Assembly (NCBI GenBank): GCA_964016885.1
Contig: OZ024742.1
Location: 52,266,001 to 52,330,000, forward strand
DNA length: 64,000 bases
Direction: 5' to 3'
DNA from: Eledone cirrhosa
Taxonomy: Eukaryota
Shown here: in pieces, positions 54,401 to 64,000 of the stretch
How positions within the stretch are numbered: the stretch's first letter is position 1
How the letters are laid out: each line of letters opens with the position of its first letter
Notes under the pieces: generated by a model
The model's database searches: none
What the model was told of the DNA's origin: nothing
Seen by the model: only the letters and a program-made list of their open reading frames with translations
Made by a program: the position numbers and the translations under genes

Positions 54401-54829
54401 TCAAGGCAAGTAGCATCGGTTACTAGTTTTGTTGTTGCTACTGCTGCTGTTTTTGATTTTAGCTACGCTAAGCTCGTAGTAATAACAACGAGGGAGGTAG
54501 GGGGAGTTGCGGTCAAAACTTTTGAAATTTGTTTTAGTTTGTTTCAGTCTGTGTTCTGTTCTGTAATATTTCGACTTATCATCATTATGCAAGTTGACAT
54601 CGTTTAAACTAAATATTTTGAGAGAGTTTAGAGATACAACGACAATAATTATTATTATTATGGTGTTGTTGTTGGCTATGTTGGTGGGGGACTTCAGTGG
54701 CACTGTTATTCATGTTGGGATGTTCAAAATTTTCTTTTGACCGGGTCACTAAATCAGTCTATTTATATCTTTTGGTAGCTTCTTCCTTTCTAGTCTTGTG
54801 TAGTGGCACTACTACCTTCCCTCTCTTAA

Positions 54830-54887
<58 letters not shown>

Positions 54888-57800
54888 GGCGACCTACGTA
54901 GTAAATCGTATCATCGTGAGCTCCGCAAAGGTTTGTTATTTCCGTTTGTTAAAAATTGCAATTTATGGAAAATTTTTATTGTTAACTATATATAAGCGCA
55001 CATACATTGTTTTCCGAAAAGGACACCCAAAAAGATTGGGACCTTGTGCCCAAAATTTAAACTTTTATGATAATCAAAAAGTTTCTTTGAAAAAAAATGG
55101 CTAATTCACCTCTGCACCAAGCAGCTGAAAGCCTTCCTCACAAATTAACACCTCACACCGACACCACCATTGTAAATGATACTACGTTTGCCAACACAAA
55201 CAATTTAAGCACTAGCAATATTTTAAATTTGTCTCAGGCAGACATTCATTTCCCGCCATTACCAATGACTACAGGTGTTAAAGCCGCCACCACCACCACC
55301 ACCGCGACAACCACCACCTCCACCACCACCGCGACAGCAGAAATAAAAGGAAAAAATAAATCAACTCGTGATGTCGAAATATTTTCAACCAAAATGGACT
55401 CTTCCAAACCGAACTCCACTGACGTCACCACCACCACAACTGAAACTAAAATTAATAATAACAAAAATAACGATAGCAACAACAACAACAATGACATTAA
55501 AAAAACCACCCTGAGTTTTGCCAGAGTAGCAAAACAGTGCGAAGCATTTACGGTAACTCAGGAGGAATTAGAAAATGCGAAAAAAATGGTAAAGAAAGAT
55601 GGGTACAGGGTCAGCCTCACCCCCCCCCCCCCCACACACACACACCTAATAAAATGGAGCATCGGCGCCTATGCACCGTGTCGTATCGAACAATAAATGT
55701 AAAATCGCGCCGAGTGGAACGGGCATCCGAGTCCCAAATCCAAAAAGCTTTGGGACATGTGTGGGCAAGAAAAACCCACATCAGACGTGGGCAGAGTATG
55801 GAACCGTGGACGTGTTCTTTGAAACACCAGAGGAGGCTAGAGAACACTCCATGACCACATTAAGAAGTGACGACTTCACACTCGTCCCAAGCTATTGTGG
55901 CCAGAGACTCGTAAAGATCAGGGTGACCCACGTTCCACCGGCCATCGAAATTCACTGGCTAATAGCGGCCGTCCTCGCCGGCCTCGAAGCCAACACAAAG
56001 ATAATAGCAATAGCAAAAGAAAAGCAGGAGAACTGGTCCGGATCTGGGATGGAGCTCCTGATTCAAGCGGAAGCAAAAAGCATTGAGGAGATCCCAGAGG
56101 TAATAGATCTCACTGACGGCAGCCACCTCACCGTAATCGTCGAGGGCAGAAGGCCTACGTGTGTCGTTTGTGGTGAAGGAACCCACCTAAGGACTTTCTG
56201 CCCTCAGGCTAAAAGGTTGAGGCCACCTCTCTTACCCACCACAGTGACTCAACCATCAACGCCACCAGCAGCAAAGATGGCAGCAACAGTTGTAGCAGCA
56301 ACAACAGAAGCAACTATAACAGCAACAACCGCAGCAACAGTAGCAAAACCAACACCACCACCACCAGAAAAACCAACACCACCACCACCCAACGCTTCAG
56401 AACTAGCACCAGCGCCTACACCATCCACCACCCCACAACCAAAACTAACGCCTGTGGAGGATTTTCCACTCCCCGGCCTATCACAACTGGAGACAGATTG
56501 TGACGACGAGGAGTGGGAAACGGTATCAGGAAAAAAAAAAGAAACCAAAAAAGAAAAAAATTCTCTTCCTTCCTCCTCCAAAAACAAAATACAGAGGGAA
56601 ACAAATAAATTAACAAACAAAAAAGTTAGGACAGATATGCCACCATCCACACCAGCATCACCAATCCCATCACCCCAAACACCAACACCATCATTAACCC
56701 AACACCACCATCACCTACACCACAAAAGTCACCTAAATGCGAAACAGAAACAAAACCACAACAAACGCAAACAAAACATAACAACCAAAACGATACACAC
56801 TACACAGCATTAAATTTGAACAACAAGCAATTATTACACTACATCCAACACAACACCAGCATCACAGAAAAAGACTACACAACAACCCCAAAATTCACAC
56901 CACCTCCACACATACAAATCACTCGCATCACACAGAAAACGTACATGACACTAAAACAAAAATTCCCCAAAGACATCGGAGACTTCGACAAGCACTCTCC
57001 AGGAGGATTTATAAGGACATCCTTCCTGAGGAGGCCACAAGCAGTGAAAAGGATGGAGAAACCGTCCTTCCTCTACGAGAAGTAAGGTAAGTGGTCTTTC
57101 CCATCTTTTCCACTCCTTTTCAACATGACCTCACTCAGAATAGGCAGCATAAATGCGCGTGGCTTGGGGTCGTCACGGAAGCAGGGTCACCTGCTCAACG
57201 ACCTCAGGTCACTAAACATAGATGTAGTGGCCATTAGCGAGACCAGAATCTCAGAAGCACGGGCCTTCGTACCGATCTTCGGCGGCTACGATGTGTACAC
57301 ATCTCCCAGCCGTCCGGGATCGGGGGGAAGAGTTGCTGTGCTATTTCGGAGAGGCTTGGATCTTGCCATACGGGCCATCTTCCTGGACCTAGAAGGTAAG
57401 TTGGTGGTGCTGGACGTGACCAGCGGAGACGGGCAAGCTTTCAGGTTAGTGGCCGTCTATGCCCCGACAGGAGCAGGGCGGCCTGATTTCTTCCGGCGTC
57501 TAGAGACTTTCCTTGGAACGTCTCGCTCTTTAGTGTTAGAGTGCGACTGGAACGGGATCTTAGATGCAATCTTGGATTGTGTGGGATTAGTGGATAGGGA
57601 AGGAGTGTGCAAGAGTCTCACCAACCTGCTCAGGCGTTTTGAACTGTCTGGCAGGTACCGATTGGATTTCCCGAATGTACCAATGTGGACTTGGACAAAT
57701 CGCATAGGGTCATCCAGATCATATCTAGATAGTGTATTTTGTAGGGAAATAGATAGGTCTAGCATAGGCTGTCCACAATCCAAGATAGTCAGCTACACGG

Positions 57801-60746
57801 ACCACAAATTCGTGATCTGTGTGCTTGACTTAGATAGGCTTCATAGACGAGGACCCGGCTACTGGAAGCTAAACGCGTCCTTACCAGCGCGCAAGGCCTA
57901 CAGAGACCGGATTAGCAAACTAGTTAAGCGGGCGTTGACGGGGGCCATCGTCAACAACAAGTGGTAGTTTGCTCTGAAAAGAGCAATTAGAATAGAGTCC
58001 ACTAGGTTTAGTTAGGCTTTAGCAATAGAAAAAAATAGAGCAGAGGGAGAATTAGTTAAAAATTAGACGAGGCGCTTTGCAAAGGCGTCGCGACCGACGT
58101 ACTTGCGGGGAAATTGGCCCTTGACCAATTCTTCAATGCAAAGCACGAAGGCTGCGTTGTCAGAGATAGGGTGCGTGCTCTCAGACACGAGGGGACGAAA
58201 GCCGTTCAATGGGCCCGAGTGGCGGAGGTGCGTCGTGGCAACAAAGCCACGATCCGGTCTTTGGTGGACCACGACGGGGGCATGCTACTCGATCCTGGGC
58301 AAATGTGTGAAGTTTTTCAGCGACACTTCGCTCAACTGTTCGGGGGCAGTCGCGGGCCGGATCGAGGGATGGACTTTAGTGTCTACCTCGACGGACTGCC
58401 GCGGCTCTCGGCCACTGAGGCGGAGTGTTGCGAAAAGCCGATAACAGCCGCTGAAGTACGGGAGGAAATGACTGGCGGCACAAGGGGTAAATCGCCTGGT
58501 TTGGATGGTCTGCCCTATGAACTTTACGTACAAATGCCAGACTTGTTCGGAGGCCTCTTGGCGGACGTCTACTGCAACTGGCAACAGAACGGGAGAATTC
58601 CCAGCTCTTTGAGCCGAGGAACGGTGGCGCTGCTGAGAAAGGATCCGGACAAGGGGGATAAAATAGATAATTTTAGGCCCATAACTCTGCTAAACACAGA
58701 GTTCAAGATTTTGGCCAAGGTGCTAGCAAAGAGGTTGGCGCTTGTCGTTGGTGGTCTGGTGGGAGAGGCACAGACATGCGCCATTCCCGACAGATCCATC
58801 CACGACAACCTCCACCTCATGCGATACATCGTAGAGAGGGTAGCTAAGGAACCTGGCACGGGTGGGTCCTTGATCAATTTAGATCAGTCGAAAGCTTTCG
58901 ATAGGGTCGACCATCGTTACCCAGCGGCAGTCCTGAGGGCGGCTGGCTTTGGGCCCGTCTTCAGAGGCTGGATCGCTGCCATGCACAGCGACATCTGCTC
59001 TGTAGTGAGAGTGAACGGTCACCTTTCGGAACCGTTCAACATCATGCGCTCGGTCCGGCAAGTATGTCCCCTCTCGTCCCTATTGTACGTATTGACTCTC
59101 GAGCCATTACTGCACAAACTGGAGAGTTGAGAGGGGTCCCGCGCGAACTAGTATGCGGAAGATCCGTGTCAGCATATGCGGACGATGTCACCGTAGTGGT
59201 GTCGAACGCCAAACACATCGAGGCGATCGGCACTACACTAAGAGAATACGAAGCGGTAACAGGAGCAATGATCAACCAGGAAAAGTCAGTGGGCCTGCAG
59301 CTCGGCACCTGGAGAGGCAGATCCATGCCGTCCAACAGCGTCGTCGGGCGCTGGACGGACGGACCGGTTAAATTGCTAGGGGTCTGGTTCTGTCCAGACC
59401 TCCAGACGGACAAAAACTGGGACGAGGTGACGAGCAGGGTGGCTTCTCTCACCCTGAAATGGGCCGAGAGGAAGCTATCCCTGAAAGGTCGAGCGGAGGT
59501 GGCTAACGCGTACACCGCGTCCGTCATCTACCACCGCCTGACCGTCGTACCTTGTCCTAAGCCCCGCCTGACTGCGCTGGAGCGTTTGGTCAGGCGGTCC
59601 ATCTGTTGTCAACACCCGCTACGTGGAGGGCTGGGCATGCCGTGGCTGATGATGCGCAGACACGCGCTCAGGCTACGACATCTCCACCTCTTCCTCGACG
59701 GTGATCAGGTGTGATTGCCGTTTGCTAGACACGTTTTTCCCCAGCTCGTCTCCTTGACGGAGCTGCAGTCCTGGGTCAAGCGAAGACCGAGAGTGAGCGC
59801 TTGGAGACTGGAAGGTCTTCAGGCGCTCACAGCCCTCGACCAATCGGGCAATGTGATCGGTGGAAACTCCACCTTGGCGTTCTATAGGGGATTAGTGGAG
59901 GGGAAGAGCGACGACGTACTTGGAGAAACTCTAGGCGTCGACGAAAACAACTAGCCAATCTCTTCGGAAGGACTTTCGGGCCGGGGCCTATGGAGAACTT
60001 CCAGAAATCCCTGGCCTGGCAGTGCTACCGGGGACTTTGCCAGTTCGGGATAAACTCTACAGGCATGGAGGTGCCGTCAGGCGGGCATGTCCGAGATGCG
60101 CACAGGGCGACGAAACCGTCCTGCACGCACTCGTCCAGTGTCCGAGCATTGCTGACTTGTGGGTTTATGTCGAACACCTGCTGTCACGTGTAGGACGGAT
60201 CCAGCTATCAGCTGAGTTCATCGTGAGGATTGCCCCGCCCTCTTCCTTTAGCCGGAAAGGGCAGGCAGTTTTTATCTGTCTGGTGGCCATGGCGAAAGAG
60301 ATAGTATGGTGGACACGTTTGAAAGGGCTGAAGACGAGCACTTACCTCTTCGGTGATGCCCTGATTAACTTTTTCAAATTTCATTTGAAAAGGAAAATCA
60401 GGGTAGAGAGGGAAGTGATCTCTTCCCAGCATTTTGTTGAAAGATGGGTGAGAGAAGCAAGTATGGCCCGAATGAATGGGCCTTCTCTGAGTATGTGTCT
60501 GTAAATTAAAGGTGGAAAACTGGGAGAGGGCACTTGCCCTGGTGGTCAGGGTCACTGTGGTCTTTTAATGGGCTTTCTCCACAAATGTCCCTCGGAAGTC
60601 TTCCCCCTATTGGGGAATTTTTCTTTGTTATTTTATTACACCCTCTGTTTTTTTACACGCAGAAATGCCCATTTGTACCGTCCTGTATTGTCCTGTACTG
60701 TCCTTAATGTCTACTTTATGTAAGCCCTTATGGTTAATAAAGAAAA

Positions 60747-60812
<66 letters not shown>
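54888..60812 (+). mobile_element. Tx1 copy 8, full length, ORF1 type B variant, degenerate
   Basis: 5' GGCGACC after (ATT)n 54830-54887; ORF1 55097-57090; ORF2 57125-60504 with stops and frameshifts; tail 60748-60812. Confidence 0.94.
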
Positions 60813-61043
60813 GGCGGTGGATTGGCAGTATCTGTAGAGGGTCGGACGCCATGGTTTACAGCATAAGTTAAGGCTCTTTAGGATGTGAATTCAAATTCCG
60901 CCGAGGTTAACTTTTCCTTTCATCCTTACATGGTCGATAAAATAAAGTATCAGTCGCGCACTGGGGTAGATTTAATCGACTTTCCCCTCCCCCAAAATTG
61001 TTGGCCTTGTGCCAATATCAGAAACCATTATTAATATTATTAT
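60813..61043 (+). mobile_element. tRNA-derived SINE
   Basis: GGCGGTGGATTGGCAGTATC, degenerate B-box, central domain, TTGGC-CTTGT-GCCAA, ATT tail. Confidence 0.87.
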
Positions 61044-61044
61044 A

Positions 61045-61272
61045 GGGGCGGTGGATTGGCAGCGTCGGTAGAGGCTCGGACGCCATGCTTTGACGCATAT
61101 AGTTACGGCCCTTGCTATTCTGAGTTCAAATCCCGCCGAGGTTAACTTTGCCTTTCATCCTTACGGGATCGATAAAATAAAGTACCAGTCACGCACTGGG
61201 GTCGGGTTAATCGATTTTCCACTTCCCCCAAATTGCTGGCCCTGTGCCTATATAAGGAACGAATATTATTAT
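61045..61272 (+). mobile_element. tRNA-derived SINE (tandem with previous)
   Basis: Same A-box, B-box and central domain; ATT tail. Confidence 0.87.
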
Positions 61273-61397
61273 AACTTCTTTTTTCGACAAGGGCCCAAGA
61301 AACTGGGAAGAATACGTGACAACGGAAACACTGTACAAAGTGGGGCTTACATCAGTTAAAGAAAAGTTGGCTTCAACGAAATGAAAACAGTATGAAT

Positions 61398-61608
61398 AAC
61401 AATAATGGTTTCTTATATAGGCACAAGGCCAGCAATTTGGGGGGAGGAGAAAGTCGATTAAATCGACGCCAGTGCGTGACTGGTACATTATTTTATCGAC
61501 CCTTTAAGGATGAAAGGTAAAGTTAACCTCGGCGGGATTTGAACTCAGATCATAAAGGGCCGTAACTCTATGCTGCAAAGTATGGCGTCCGACCTTCCAC
61601 TGATACTG
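61398..61608 (-). mobile_element. tRNA-derived SINE, inverted relative to its neighbours
   Basis: Reverse complement of the same family (GGGATTTGAACTC B-box at ~61534). Confidence 0.83.
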
Positions 61609-62170
61609 AATAACAATAATGAATATTGTATTAAATATACATAATAATAGAAAATCTAAAGAAAATAATAATAATTCTAACAGTAAGAAAAGTAGTGACA
61701 TGAAAACAATGAGCCAATGAAGAGTCTTTTATTCTACAACATTAACAGAATATGTAAATATGAAATCACAGATATTCACCAGACATGGTCATTTCCATAG
61801 ACATAAACTAAAATACTTGATTACTATACCACTTAATCCCGATTAAAAGATGACGTATCGATAGTTAATTATTAAGCAGAAACAATCATATTCACTTTAT
61901 CATCGGCATCGGTCTTATCCTATTACGAAACACAACTTACCATTATAACCTTATGTATACCAATACGCCTTGATAGTAAACTTCTATACCATATAATAAT
62001 ACAAAGAATGATTCATTCATAACTTCACCCCATTAACTATAACTACCATTACCATAGATCGATTCATTTACATGCCTCTATCATTTACTACATTATACTT
62101 CATAAGTCATTCATCATTTTGAATAAACAAAAGAATTAATATAATTAAGCAATGCGTTGAGCAAATATTC

Positions 62171-62351
<181 letters not shown>

Positions 62352-62410
62352 GAGCGGAACAAACAAACATTAAATAATCTTATAAAATTAAAATATTCAC
62401 CTGTTCTAGT

Positions 62411-62490
62411 GCTGTGACCGACGGTTTCGCTTATCAAAAGATTGGAAATACAGAGAATTTCCAATGGAAAGAATCAGCTCTTCAGACAGC
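62411..62490 (-). ncRNA. Type I hammerhead ribozyme with canonical GUC site
   Basis: Minus strand: GCTGT-CTGAAGA-GC...ATTGGAAAT/ATTTCCAAT...GC-GAAAC-CGTCG-GTC-ACAGC. Confidence 0.78.
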
Positions 62491-63157
62491 TACTTCCATA
62501 CCACAGGGCACAAAGCCTTGTAGTTAGTAAATATATCGCTTTCTGCCCGATGCATGAGGTCGGGCCGTTAACGTGACCCACACATAAATAGGCCGTAAGA
62601 AAAAGCGGGAATTATAGACTTGTTGAAATTTCATGTTACTAAAAATAGCAGCACGATACAACATTTTTTCTCCTCATAGAAGGAGAATACATATAAATGA
62701 TATAAATATTCCAGTAGGTACTAAGTACCCACGGAATATACATGGTGTCTATAACAGTTGTTGTTCAATGGTACTAATTTGAGATGCCAGAACTATAAAA
62801 AATGAGTGGAACAAGCAAACATTAAACAATCTTTTAAATAAATTAAATTACAATTTAAATATTCACCTGTTCTAGTGCTGTTATCGGTTGGAAATTCACT
62901 GGTCTATCCAGGGAATTTCCAACCGATAAGGTATGATTTTCATGGGTATGTCTCTATTTATAAAACAAATTTAGTATTTTATCTCATGTGTCTTGGTACT
63001 CTTGAAATATATATAATAAAATAAATATGGTTTTATAAATATAGTTTCCGTTTATTTAATATCATTGAATATTTACTCCAGTAAACTGGTGAGTGCTCTA
63101 AATCAGTTATAAACATTTATATTTGTCAGACTTCCAACAAATTAAATACCTCTTCTA

Positions 63158-63218
<61 letters not shown>

Positions 63219-63822
63219 CCGAAATGCGATTCTCGCTAAATTTATATTTGTATTAATATCCCGAGTCTTACAATTAACCTGTTAATAATTCTATTGACAT
63301 ATGAATTGCATAAGTTTATTTTAAAAACTACTCGGTTGAGTGCTTATTCGATTTGTGCTATTTATGCAATTGTTTGCACATACTGAATTCATTTGCCAAA
63401 ATCTGGGTCTTTTTCCCTTTTGAATTATACATGTGCTTTTACGAAACTCAGTGTCATTCACAATTTTGGTACAGAGCCAAATACCTGTTGATAACGTGAT
63501 ATTCCTTGTTCGATCATTAAACCTAAGGCTTATAGTTTTAAGCAGACAGTATTATTGATTTAGGTGTCATAGAAACCCTGCATTTGGATTTTACCATTAA
63601 TTCCAATCTGTTTTTTTTATTTTGTTTTTAACTGTTTAGCTTGATTTGCTTTTTGACTTAGGTGGTTGATGCTTTTTTGACCACTTTTTCAGTGTTGTAT
63701 GGCGTTTTAACATATTGATGAGCTCTGGTCCTTTAACTATCGAGCGCTTGCCAGCATAATACTGATTTTGGCGTTTCGTTTCGCTTTTTCTACCTGCCGA
63801 AATGCGATTCTCGGTGAATTTG

Positions 63823-63865
<43 letters not shown>

Positions 63866-63872
63866 AAAACTC

Positions 63873-63956
<84 letters not shown>

Positions 63957-64000
63957 TATATAAACAAACCTCATTGAATATATATATATATATATATATA

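Overview
AT-rich animal genomic DNA made almost entirely of retroelements and microsatellites; no host gene could be supported. The SINE and repeat content suggests a mollusc such as an octopus, but this is weak inference. 1-24.7 kb is a head-to-tail array of five Tx1/L1-clade non-LTR retrotransposons (ORF1 with CCHC knuckle; ORF2 with APE endonuclease, RT and zinc finger). Each ends in an (ATT)n tail, and the four internal tails abut the 5' end of the next copy. More copies lie at 44.8-48.8, 52.6-53.4 and 54.9-60.8 kb. Four ORF1 types (A-D) occur, and A and B are joined to almost the same ORF2. At the ORF1/ORF2 boundary there is a conserved GTAAGT...pyrimidine tract...YAG segment whose removal would fuse ORF1 and ORF2 in frame in types A, B and C. 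A tRNA-derived SINE shares with these LINEs a 3' stem-loop with a CUUGU-type loop and the ATT tail. 27-39 kb holds three Penelope-like elements with inverted terminal copies and several minimal hammerhead ribozymes. An R4/Dong-type element (minus strand, 49.0-52.5 kb, plus a second 5' fragment) uses the same ATT/TAA microsatellite on the opposite strand. A DD41D-type mariner remnant is also present. All alignments and folds were done by eye.
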